The position numbers were made by a program, and so were the translations under genes. From an uncultured bacterium (GTDB lineage Bacteria > SAR324 > NAC60-12), in the NCBI GenBank assembly GCA_965662235.1, contig CBFIGY010000037.1:1-26493 (forward strand): a stretch of DNA of 26,493 nt, written 5' to 3'. Position 1 is the first letter of the stretch. Each line of letters starts with the position of its first letter. The notes below the pieces were generated by a model that had not been told where the DNA came from, ran no database searches, and was given only the letters and a program-made list of their open reading frames with translations. Positions 18,576 through 26,493 of this stretch are shown piece after piece.

Positions 18576-19325
18576 TCAGATGCGCCCGAAGAGGCGGTAG
18601 CCGATGAGGCCGAGGTATTCGTGCGCAACGGTGCGTAAGCGAGCGTAGTTTTCCCAATCGAAGAACGTCCACCAAGGATCTGGTCGACGGGGGTAGCCGA
18701 GATTGGCGGCATAAGGATAGGTGGTGACTCCCAGTTTCTGGAAGACCGCGCTGAGGCGATAGAGGTGGTAGTCGTGGGAGACCAGCAAAATCCGCTGGGC
18801 CTCATGTTCGCGTAGAATGCGGACGGTTTCAATCCCATTCTGGTAGGAGTCCACCGACCGGTCTTCAATGATGATGGCCTCTTCAGGAACCCCCATGCCC
18901 TTGAGGATGATGTGCATGCCCTTGGTTTCCACAGGAGGCTGGTAGGGCTCCGTGACGCCTCCGGCAATGATCACCTTGGGCGCCCACCCTTCCAGGTAGA
19001 GCCGACCTGCGGCATACGCCCGGAGCGTGGACCCTGGGGTGGGGGCTCCGGATTCATGCACTCCTGCAGAAGCCACCACAATGGCATCCGCTTCCACCTT
19101 GACGCTATCGGGAGTCAGGAGCTTCAGCGGGTACGCAAAGGCTTGGTAGAACACGTGACTGCTGCCGATCAGCAGCACCGCCCAGAGCCCCCACAGCCAC
19201 CGGAGTTGCCTTGCCTGCGAAGGACGCTGGAGCAGCATCAGGAACAGGATCAGCGCGACGGCGGCCAGAAAGAGAAACGGGCCAAACGCCAGTTCCTCCG
19301 CGATGAATCGCCAGGATCGGTCCAT
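18576..19325 (-). CDS. YdcF/DUF218 (ElyC/SanA-like) membrane-anchored protein
   Basis: Two N-terminal TM segments, R...A..LY, IIAGG, GVPEEAIIIEDRSVDSYQN, LVSHDYHLYR, HEYLG. Confidence 0.85.
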   Translation of the reverse strand: MDRSWRFIAEELAFGPFLFLAAVALILFLMLLQRPSQARQLRWLWGLWAVLLIGSSHVFYQAFAYPLKLLTPDSVKVEADAIVVASAGVHESGAPTPGSTLRAYAAGRLYLEGWAPKVIIAGGVTEPYQPPVETKGMHIILKGMGVPEEAIIIEDRSVDSYQNGIETVRILREHEAQRILLVSHDYHLYRLSAVFQKLGVTTYPYAANLGYPRRPDPWWTFFDWENYARLRTVAHEYLGLIGYRLFGRI

Positions 19326-19334
19326 ACCCTCGCT

Positions 19335-19736
19335 TCAGCGTCCGGTCGCCGAGGCGCCCGGGTTCGCCGACGCAGCAGGGGCGCTGCCTCCCGGAGGCGG
19401 TGGTGGAGGACTGGAGTTTTCAATCACCCGCACCGATCCATCGTAACGTCGTTGAATGAGCACCTGCTCCCGGGCTCGTTTTGCGGAACGTTCATAGTCC
19501 TTCAGGCACTTGCGAAAGGCCGTCAGCTCCTCCAAGGTCTCTCCGTTTGCCAAATCCTTGCACTGCGAAATAGACGGCATCGAGTCTTGTGCCTGAAGCG
19601 TGGGAGCACTGACTCCCACGAGGAGGAGGCTTCCCCAAACCCAAGATCGCCCCACCCGCCTGAGAGAAGGCTGGAGCTTTCTGAGGATTGCTTGTAAATT
19701 CAACAAGATTTTTCTAGCCTGTAGCTGCTTCAACAA
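19335..19736 (-). CDS. Small hypothetical secreted protein; start codon uncertain
   Basis: Signal-peptide-like RRVGRSWVWGSLLLVGVSAPTLQA|Q, two Cys and a poly-Pro tail. It fills the gap 9 bp upstream of ydcF on the same strand. Confidence 0.5.
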   Translation of the reverse strand: MLKQLQARKILLNLQAILRKLQPSLRRVGRSWVWGSLLLVGVSAPTLQAQDSMPSISQCKDLANGETLEELTAFRKCLKDYERSAKRAREQVLIQRRYDGSVRVIENSSPPPPPPGGSAPAASANPGASATGR

Positions 19737-19740
19737 GATT
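19699..19740. repeat. Perfect 12-bp direct repeat TTCAACAAGATT (30-bp period) at a divergent gene junction
   Basis: Copies at 19699-19710 and 19729-19740. Confidence 0.7.
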
Positions 19741-19755
19741 CACGCTCCTTGCCTG

Positions 19756-20310
19756 ATGCTCAAACTCCTCATTGCCATCGTCGCGGTTGCCCTGATTTAC
19801 TGGCTCTACCGTCAGCGGCGCTACATCTTCAATCGACGCCCCCAACCGACTCCCGTGGTGACCGCCTTGGAGGCCGTGGAAATCCGGGCCTTGCTGGCGG
19901 CAGAGACGCCACTGGAGTGCCTAGAGAGTGACGGCTCTCGACACGGGGAGGCCTTTCAGAGCAAGACCCCTCCGGACCTCCCACATGGTCCGGGATGCCA
20001 GTGTGAAAGGGTTTCGTTATTCTATACGTCCGCGGATGTTTTTCAAGGAGCTTCCGAAAGCACCCCCCGGAAAACCACGCTGGGGGAGCTGCCGGGCGCA
20101 GAGGCTGCGCCCCTGAAACGGGCCCTGCTGTCGCTCCAAACAGAACCGTGGGACGACTGGGACCGCTTCCTTGCCGAACACCCTCTGGAACGCTTTGCTC
20201 CAGAACACCGTGAGGCGCTGGAGTCCCTGCTGCAGCACGCCTGGGAACGACGCCAACCGGTTCCTCCTCCTGACTCCACCTCTGTGACCTCGGCCCCATC
20301 TGCTTCATGA
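19756..20310 (+). CDS. Hypothetical membrane-anchored protein with a Cys/His motif
   Basis: ATG at 19756 gives MLKLLIAIVAVALIYWLYRQRR (TM plus a basic stop). Contains C-x3-DG...PP-x2-PHGPGCQC. ATGA overlap with the PBP1A gene. Confidence 0.7.
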   Translation: MLKLLIAIVAVALIYWLYRQRRYIFNRRPQPTPVVTALEAVEIRALLAAETPLECLESDGSRHGEAFQSKTPPDLPHGPGCQCERVSLFYTSADVFQGASESTPRKTTLGELPGAEAAPLKRALLSLQTEPWDDWDRFLAEHPLERFAPEHREALESLLQHAWERRQPVPPPDSTSVTSAPSAS

Positions 20311-22712
20311 GAGTGATCCTCCGTACCATCAAATGGCTGTTCTGGACAGGCTTCCTGCTGGGACTCATCGTCGCTGGAGGAATTGGGTACCACCTCTATG
20401 AGCTCAGCAAGGACCTCCCGCACAACCTTGCTGAGGAGCTCCACAAGCGCAACGACCTGCTCCCCACTGTTCTCTACGACCATGACGGCAACCAGGTCGA
20501 GGAGTTCTTCATTCAACGCCGCATCCCCGTCGGTTACGAAGAATTTCCGCCCCACCTCATTCAGGCCCTGCTGGCCAGCGAGGACACCCGTTACTTCTCT
20601 CACTTCGGCATTGACCCCTTCCGGATCCTGCTAGCACTGGGCGCCAACCTGCAGGCAGGGCGCATTGTGCAAGGCGCCAGCACGCTCACTCAGCAGACGG
20701 CCCGGATGTTCCTCCTCAATCAGCAGAAGAACATCGACCGCAAGCTCCGGGAGATGCTCCTGTCCTTCCGGATGGAGCTCGAGTACAGCAAGACCCAGAT
20801 CCTGGAGCTGTACCTGAACAAGTACTTTTTGGGCAATGCCGAAGGTGTGGAAGCCGCGTCTCAGGGCTACTTCGGAAAACACGCCCATGACCTGTCTCTT
20901 GCCGAGAGCGCCTTGCTCGTCGGCATGCTTCCGGCCCCCTCCCGCTACGCCCCGCACGTCAACCCGGACCTGGCTCTGTCGCGCCGCAACCTCGTCTTGC
21001 GTCGCATGCACGAGGAGGGCTTCATCAGCACACCCGAGCTGACCCAGGCCCTGCGGGAGCCGGTGAAGCTGATGCGGGCCGATGATCCAACTTCTGAAGC
21101 CACGGCCTACTACGTGGAACACGTTCGGCGTTACCTGTTGCAGAAGTATGGGCTGGAGAAGCTTTATCAGGGGGGACTGAAGGTGACGCTGGCGATGGAC
21201 CTGGATCAGCAGATTGCCGCACATGAGGCCATGCAGAACGGGCTCCTGGAATTGACCAAGCGCCAGGGCTATCAGGGAGCACAGGCGCAGGCGCCAAAGG
21301 ACAATGCCACCGGAACGTTCTCTGAGCCTGCGATTGAGGAGCTGCTGCAGGACAACCGCATCCTCCTCAACAGCATCGTGCAAGCGGTTGTCATGGAGGT
21401 CGGAGACAAGCGGGCCATGCTCAACCTGGGGCAGGGGCAGCAGGCCGAGTTGCCCTGGGAAAGCGTCCGGACCTGGCGCAAGGCTCGTGAAGGGGAGGAC
21501 TACCCTCTGCCTTTCCGGAACCTCAAGGACGCGGTCTCTGTGGGAGACGTGGTTTCAGTCCGCCTGACCGACTACGATGCGTCGGCCCAGTACTTCCGGG
21601 CGGACCTTTACCAGAAGCCCTCCGTCAACGGGGCCCTCCTGGCCATGCAGCCCAAAAGCGGACACGTGACGGCCATGATCGGCGGGTACCGTTTTGAGAA
21701 CAGCGAGTTCAACCGGGCGATTCAGGCCCGACGGCAACCCGGTTCGTCTTTCAAACCACTCGTCTATGCCGCAGCCCTGGATGCCGGCTACACCCCCTCC
21801 AGCACCCTAGTGGACAGCCCCCGCGCCTACAAAACCGGAAGCCTCACCGTCGGAGACGAAGAGGTGTGGATGCCCCGGAACTACGGCAACAAGCTGCTCG
21901 GCAACGTGTCCCTGCGGACGGCTCTTGTCAAAAGCCTCAACCTTCCCACCGTGGGACTGGTGGAAGACCTCGGACCGCAAACGATCATTGACTATGCCCG
22001 GCGCTTTGGCATCACCTCCACCATGCGCCCGAACCTGACCATTGGCCTGGGCACCTTCTCCATGACGCTTCAGGAGATGACGAACGCCTACATGATCTTT
22101 GCCGATCGAGGCCTCAAGAAGGAGCCCATCTACATCCTTGAAGTCAAGGACCAGGGCGGCGAGGTTCTTGAGCAGGCGGAGGTTCAGGAGCAGCCGGTCA
22201 TCTCTGCCGAGACAGCCTTTCTCGTCACCGACATCATGCAGGACGTGGTTGAGCATGGCACCGGACGACGCGTCAAGGCGATTGGACGTCCTTCTGCGGG
22301 CAAGACCGGCACCACCAACGACTACGTGGACGCTTGGTACATCGGTTACATTCCGCAGCTGCTGACCGGCGTGTACGTCGGCTACGATCAGCCCCGTCCG
22401 ATGGGCCCCAACGAAACAGGCGCCCGAGCTGCAGCACCCATCTGGATTGATTTCATGAAGTCCGCCATCTCCAACCTGCCCACAGAGCAGTTCTCGCAAC
22501 CTCCTGGCGTCGTGACCATCAAGGTGCATGAATCCGGACGGCGCGCAAGCCCCTGCGACCCGCCTTCGGAGGTGCATGAGGAGCACTACAAGCTGGGCAC
22601 CGAGCCCCCTTTGGACGCGGCGTTGCTGGGGTGCGGAGGAAGTAGTCTGGCAGGAGGAGGAGAGGAGTCGGGAACCGCTCAGGCCCTCACGGAAGCGGAG
22701 CCTGAGCTTTAA
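20307..22712 (+). CDS. mrcA: Class A penicillin-binding protein 1A
   Basis: N-terminal TM; transglycosylase motifs EDTRY, QGASTLTQQ, RKLRE, ELYLN; OB-like insert; transpeptidase motifs SSFK, SLN, KTGT. Confidence 0.94.
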   Translation: MRVILRTIKWLFWTGFLLGLIVAGGIGYHLYELSKDLPHNLAEELHKRNDLLPTVLYDHDGNQVEEFFIQRRIPVGYEEFPPHLIQALLASEDTRYFSHFGIDPFRILLALGANLQAGRIVQGASTLTQQTARMFLLNQQKNIDRKLREMLLSFRMELEYSKTQILELYLNKYFLGNAEGVEAASQGYFGKHAHDLSLAESALLVGMLPAPSRYAPHVNPDLALSRRNLVLRRMHEEGFISTPELTQALREPVKLMRADDPTSEATAYYVEHVRRYLLQKYGLEKLYQGGLKVTLAMDLDQQIAAHEAMQNGLLELTKRQGYQGAQAQAPKDNATGTFSEPAIEELLQDNRILLNSIVQAVVMEVGDKRAMLNLGQGQQAELPWESVRTWRKAREGEDYPLPFRNLKDAVSVGDVVSVRLTDYDASAQYFRADLYQKPSVNGALLAMQPKSGHVTAMIGGYRFENSEFNRAIQARRQPGSSFKPLVYAAALDAGYTPSSTLVDSPRAYKTGSLTVGDEEVWMPRNYGNKLLGNVSLRTALVKSLNLPTVGLVEDLGPQTIIDYARRFGITSTMRPNLTIGLGTFSMTLQEMTNAYMIFADRGLKKEPIYILEVKDQGGEVLEQAEVQEQPVISAETAFLVTDIMQDVVEHGTGRRVKAIGRPSAGKTGTTNDYVDAWYIGYIPQLLTGVYVGYDQPRPMGPNETGARAAAPIWIDFMKSAISNLPTEQFSQPPGVVTIKVHESGRRASPCDPPSEVHEEHYKLGTEPPLDAALLGCGGSSLAGGGEESGTAQALTEAEPEL

Positions 22713-22732
22713 GAAGAGGCGTCAGCCGAGGC

Positions 22733-23005
22733 TCAGTTGACCGCTTGCTTCAGCTTGGAGCCCACCTTGAACTTAACCACCTTCGAGGCCGGGATCTCCA
22801 TGGGTTGCTTGGTCTGCGGATTCCGACCCGTTCGGGCAGGACGCTCTGAGACAGAGAAGGTGCCAAAGCCCACCAAGGTGACCGAGTCGCCGTTGCTCAT
22901 GGCGCCTTCGACGGCATCTTGAAACGCTTTCAGGGCCCGCTCCGCGTCCGCCTTCGTCAAGTTTGCATTAGCAGCCATGGCATCAATCAGTTCTGCTTTG
23001 GTCAT
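22733..23005 (-). CDS. hup: DNA-binding protein HU
   Basis: MTKAELIDAMA...GFGTFSV..R.ARTGRNPQT...IPA; 90 aa. Confidence 0.96.
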   Translation of the reverse strand: MTKAELIDAMAANANLTKADAERALKAFQDAVEGAMSNGDSVTLVGFGTFSVSERPARTGRNPQTKQPMEIPASKVVKFKVGSKLKQAVN

Positions 23006-23139
23006 GTTCGAGTTTTCCTTAAAGGTGTCATGAAGTTTGAGAAAGGCAGCGTTGCTGGAATCCTTCCCTGGATAACCAACGAATCCGCACTCCGCGGAGT
23101 CGATGAAACTCCGCTCGGCACTGAAATCACCGAGTTGGA

Positions 23140-23189
23140 TTGACAGAGTTTCTGCTGATATAGCTATCCGCCTTACTGTTACATGTCAA
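23140..23189. promoter_or_regulatory. Candidate overlapping divergent sigma70 promoters for hup and tolA-tolB
   Basis: TTGACA on + (23140-23145) and on - (23189-23184). The minus -35 lies 17 bp from TAGCTA (23166-23161), which is an imperfect -10. Confidence 0.4.
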
Positions 23190-23272
23190 GCCTGGACCTC
23201 GGGAATTCCGCCTCTCATCAGGGTTCAATCGGTTTGGGCCCCCTTTTTTTCTGCTGGGATTGAATTCAATTG

Positions 23273-24604
23273 ATGCTCACCGCAACCTCCCCCTCCCCCG
23301 AATCGTCCTCACTGTTTTTTGGTGTCTCCGTGCTGGTCCATGCGAGCCTGATTGCGTTGGCGTTGGCGGTCAGCCAGTGGACTCCGGAACCGGTGGAGCC
23401 CCTCCGGGCCAGCGTGGGGGTGAAGTATGCCCTGGCGCCTCAGGCGACTCCTGCGGTGAAGCCCCCACCGGCAGCGCCCCCCAAGCCGAAACCGGCCCCC
23501 AAACCGAAACCCACCCCCAAGCCTGCGGCGACTCCAGCGCCTCCGAAAGAGGTCGTTCCTCCGAAACCGGAACCCGCACCTCCGAAGCTTCAGGAAAAAG
23601 CACCTCCGAAGCCGGAACCCGCGCCTGCCGCCTCAGAGGCCTCTCCACCGACGCCTCCGCCAACCGCGCCCGCCAAACCGTCTTTGACCACTCCGCTGGC
23701 CCTCCCTACGCTTCCGGGTGTAGCCCCACCGGTGTCGTCTCCGGGCGTGACTCCAGGCGCCCCACCGCCCTCCACGCGGGTGGGAGGCGCGGGCATGCGT
23801 CCCAGCCCACTTCCGTCAACAGGACGGGTTCAGGGCCCCCCTACTCCGCCAACGGCTCCAAAGCCGTCCAATTCGCCCCTGAAGCTGCCCAAGGCCGCCC
23901 CTGTGCTTCCGCCCAGCAATCAGGTGGGCACCGCGTCGTCCGGGCTTCCAGCGCCTCCAGCACCTCCTTCCACGCCCCCGGCTGCTCCAGCCACGGCGCC
24001 TCCGGCTCCTGCTGCTTCAGCCCCGGTGCCCCCAACGCCCACCCCCAGCGTCCCCACACTTGATGCCCCGACGCTGCCGTCGGCGTTGCTCACTCCAACC
24101 ACCGACCTGCCGTCCCTCAATGCCCCCACTCCACGGGCTCCGGCTCTGGACGACGCGGCTCCGACGTCTTCCACTGAAACAGCACCGGTCCCGCTGTTTG
24201 AAGAAAACGCGCCTTCGGCTCCGGCACAGCCTCCGGTTCCTGAAGCTCCGCTGCTCTCGGGTCCAGAGGTTTCCTCAGATCCGGTGGCTCCCGAAGGCAA
24301 CGGGGGAGACGTTCTCCAGGGCATTCAGCAGCGTTTGAAGCTCCGGAACGCGGAACGGGAATACAACGTGCACCTGCAGAAGCAACTGAAGCCTCGGACC
24401 GGCTCTCAAAGCGGAGCGTTTGTCCGAGTCGAACTGCGCATCTCCTCCAACGGAACGATCTTAAAGCATGAGATCAAAGAACAAAATGCCTCGGAAGCCT
24501 TCCTCCTGGCGGTTGAGCTGGCCATCCGCAACGCTCAACTTGACCCTCTTCCCGCCGAGTTGGCCAAAAACCCACCCTACGTCGTGGTGGTCCGGATTGA
24601 GTAA
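23273..24604 (+). CDS. TolA/TonB-like energy-transducer protein with a very long Pro-rich linker
   Basis: N-terminal TM with SVLVH (SxxxH) motif, PKPKP and Pro/Ala linker of ~300 aa, C-terminal TolA/TonB_C-like domain; directly upstream of the tolB-like gene. Confidence 0.75.
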   Translation: MLTATSPSPESSSLFFGVSVLVHASLIALALAVSQWTPEPVEPLRASVGVKYALAPQATPAVKPPPAAPPKPKPAPKPKPTPKPAATPAPPKEVVPPKPEPAPPKLQEKAPPKPEPAPAASEASPPTPPPTAPAKPSLTTPLALPTLPGVAPPVSSPGVTPGAPPPSTRVGGAGMRPSPLPSTGRVQGPPTPPTAPKPSNSPLKLPKAAPVLPPSNQVGTASSGLPAPPAPPSTPPAAPATAPPAPAASAPVPPTPTPSVPTLDAPTLPSALLTPTTDLPSLNAPTPRAPALDDAAPTSSTETAPVPLFEENAPSAPAQPPVPEAPLLSGPEVSSDPVAPEGNGGDVLQGIQQRLKLRNAEREYNVHLQKQLKPRTGSQSGAFVRVELRISSNGTILKHEIKEQNASEAFLLAVELAIRNAQLDPLPAELAKNPPYVVVVRIE

Positions 24605-25877
24605 GCTGCTGCTGCTCATCGCCCTGCTCCTGCCACCTTCTTGGGGAGCGGCTCAGACGTACTCCAGCGAAGAGGTCGTCATCAGCGGACTGGGGTTCGC
24701 CCGCTACTCCGTCATCCTTGCGCCGGATGAAAGCTACACGAACCACCCGCAGTCCCCACGCTGGAGCCGCCTGATCGACCGCAACCTCTGCTGGAGCGGC
24801 GTGTTTCAGGTCAAGGACTCTCGCTACAACGCCTGCCGAACCCGGACCCCGCAGCCAGACATGCAGGTGCTGCTCAAGGTCGCCCGGAATGCCAACAACC
24901 AACGGGTGCTCCGGCTGGTGGTGGCAGACACCCTCGGCAACCCCCTCTTTCCTCAGGACCTGCTGCTGGAAAATGAGCAGTTTCAGGAAGAGGAACTGAT
25001 GGCCCTCGTCAACCGCATGACGGAACAGCTGACCGGCACCCCCGGGATTCTCGGCAGCACCATTGCCTTCAGCCTCAAGCAACCTGGACGTCGGAAGATC
25101 ATTGCCCGGATCAACACCCACGGACAGAAGCTCTTCGGAGTCTCCCGTAACCAGAACATCAGCCTCTTTCCCCGCTGGTCCCCAGATGGCCAAGAGATCA
25201 TCTACACCACCCTCGGACGGCAGGGCACAGCGATTTGGCTCGATCGGCTGGACAATCAACAGCCCACGCCCCTCCTCGTTGGGCGTCCAGGTTCCGGAAT
25301 TGGTGTCACCAGCGGAGGCACTTGGTTTTCCGATAAACAGAACCTCATCCTCACGCTCAGTCAGGACCGGAACGTTGACCTCTATCAGCTCAACCTCCAG
25401 AGCCGGCAGCTCAAGCGCCTCACGCGTCACAAGGCCATTGAGACGCTGCCCTTTCTGGCTCCTGACAACGAGCGGCTGGTCTTTGTCTCCGACCGGACCG
25501 GCCGGGAACAGATCTACTACTATGAGCTTGCCACCGGGGTCACCTTTCAGCTGACCTTCAGCGGCTCCAGCAACTCCGACCCTGCGTGGTCTCCCGATGG
25601 CACCATGCTCCTCTTCTCAAAGGTGCTGGGCGGCAACAGCCAGATCTACCTCATGGACCCCTTCACCGGTGAACAGCGCGCCTTGACCCGCTACAGCTAC
25701 AACTCGGAGCAGCCCACCTGGTCTCCTGATGGCAAGCAGATCGTCTTTTCGGCCAACCCCAGCGGCGTCTATAAGCTGTATGCGATGTTCATCGATGGAA
25801 CCGGGATGCGTCGGATCACCCGGACCCCCCGTGACTTCGAAGAAACCGGTCCCAACTGGACCCTCCGGAGCTTCTGA
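24597..25877 (+). CDS. tolB: TolB-like periplasmic beta-propeller protein
   Basis: Signal peptide from TTG at 24597 (MSKLLLLIALLLPPSWGAA), LTGTPG..GSTIAF, repeated PD40 motifs (PRWSPDG, PAWSPDG, PTWSPDG) and FVSDRTG..QIY. Start is uncertain (track gives 24468). Confidence 0.8.
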   Translation: MSKLLLLIALLLPPSWGAAQTYSSEEVVISGLGFARYSVILAPDESYTNHPQSPRWSRLIDRNLCWSGVFQVKDSRYNACRTRTPQPDMQVLLKVARNANNQRVLRLVVADTLGNPLFPQDLLLENEQFQEEELMALVNRMTEQLTGTPGILGSTIAFSLKQPGRRKIIARINTHGQKLFGVSRNQNISLFPRWSPDGQEIIYTTLGRQGTAIWLDRLDNQQPTPLLVGRPGSGIGVTSGGTWFSDKQNLILTLSQDRNVDLYQLNLQSRQLKRLTRHKAIETLPFLAPDNERLVFVSDRTGREQIYYYELATGVTFQLTFSGSSNSDPAWSPDGTMLLFSKVLGGNSQIYLMDPFTGEQRALTRYSYNSEQPTWSPDGKQIVFSANPSGVYKLYAMFIDGTGMRRITRTPRDFEETGPNWTLRSF

Positions 25878-25879
25878 CC

Positions 25880-26194
25880 ATGGGCGATGCCGATTGGGGT
25901 CCGGAGTGGTTTGAAAGTGCTGATCCCGACCACATCCGGAGGGAGAAGCACAAGGCTCGGGACCTCCGACAGTCACAGTGGTGGAAGAACCGCCGGGCCA
26001 GCAACCGCTGCTACTACTGCCAGCAGGAGTTTCCCGCCCGGGAACTGACCATGGACCACATTGTTCCCCTGGCCCGAGGGGGCTTTACCACTAAGTCCAA
26101 CGTGGTTCCCTGCTGCAAGGAATGCAACTCCCAGAAAAGCTACCTCCTTCCCGTCGAGTGGGAGGCCTACCTCAAACGCCTCAAGGAAGGCTGA
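25880..26194 (+). CDS. Small stand-alone HNH endonuclease-family protein
   Basis: CYYC...LTMDHIVPLARGG...NVVPCCKECNSQK, an HNH core with two CxxC motifs. Confidence 0.88.
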   Translation: MGDADWGPEWFESADPDHIRREKHKARDLRQSQWWKNRRASNRCYYCQQEFPARELTMDHIVPLARGGFTTKSNVVPCCKECNSQKSYLLPVEWEAYLKRLKEG

Positions 26195-26493
26195 TGCCAA
26201 GAGTACCGGTTTGGCAAAGTGGGTTACGACGGCTCAGCACAGCACTTTGACTGCTCGCTGGAGTGTATTGGACAAATTTCAGTGACTTCAGTGTACTCAT
26301 AGCCCTCCTTGCTTGGCGTTACATGTACAGCATGCTGTCACTCGCTCAGATCGTCAACCGAAATTCAATAAAATCAGATACTTGAGTTTATTCTGGGGCG
26401 GAGATTGGGGAGTTGAGCTGTAGTGATGGGTAGATGCTCTCTCTGCAGGATACTTTTTCAGTTTACAATGCAAGATCAGTTGGGTAGGATCAC

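Noticed and set aside
23440..24260. Repetitive CCG/CCC-rich DNA as a possible tandem repeat or CRISPR array
   Set aside because: It is explained by Pro/Ala/Lys codons in the TolA/TonB-like linker, and there is no repeat-spacer periodicity.
25880..26194. HNH protein as a mobile element, homing endonuclease or defence system
   Set aside because: No intron, IS ends, methylase, immunity or cas genes are nearby within the window.
26195..26493. AT-richer tail with an IHF-like AATCAGATACTTG (26372-26384) and an AATAAA/TTTATT dyad
   Set aside because: It has one mismatch to a short degenerate consensus, and the downstream context is outside the window.

Overview
GC-rich bacterial chromosomal window with no mobile elements, CRISPR or RNA genes detected. 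The housekeeping gene mix is deltaproteobacteria/SAR324-like, but that is inference only. The core is a ~13 kb same-strand cluster (2402-15311) for an aerobic form I Mo-Cu carbon monoxide dehydrogenase. It has coxM-coxS-coxL, with the diagnostic AYRCSFR active-site loop, followed by two sets of maturation genes. Set 1 is coxD-coxE-XdhC/CoxF fused to a Cys-rich YHS domain, then coxG and a MocA-like cytidylyltransferase. Set 2 is a second XdhC, a SufS-type cysteine desulfurase and SufU (no sufBCD), then a second coxD and a second coxE. The most interesting reading is a two-branch assembly line for the Mo-S-Cu site, with one Cu-delivery branch and one dedicated sulfur-delivery branch. An array of palindromic TTCTCA/TGAGAA hexamers sits upstream of coxM, and no regulator gene is present in the cluster. 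The left flank holds a truncated gshA (missed by the ORF track), a site-2 protease and a TPR-like protein. The right flank holds carB without carA, ydcF, a small secreted protein, a membrane-anchored protein with a MuF-like Cys/His motif coupled to PBP1A, HU, a Pro-rich TolA/TonB-like protein, a TolB-like protein and a small HNH protein.
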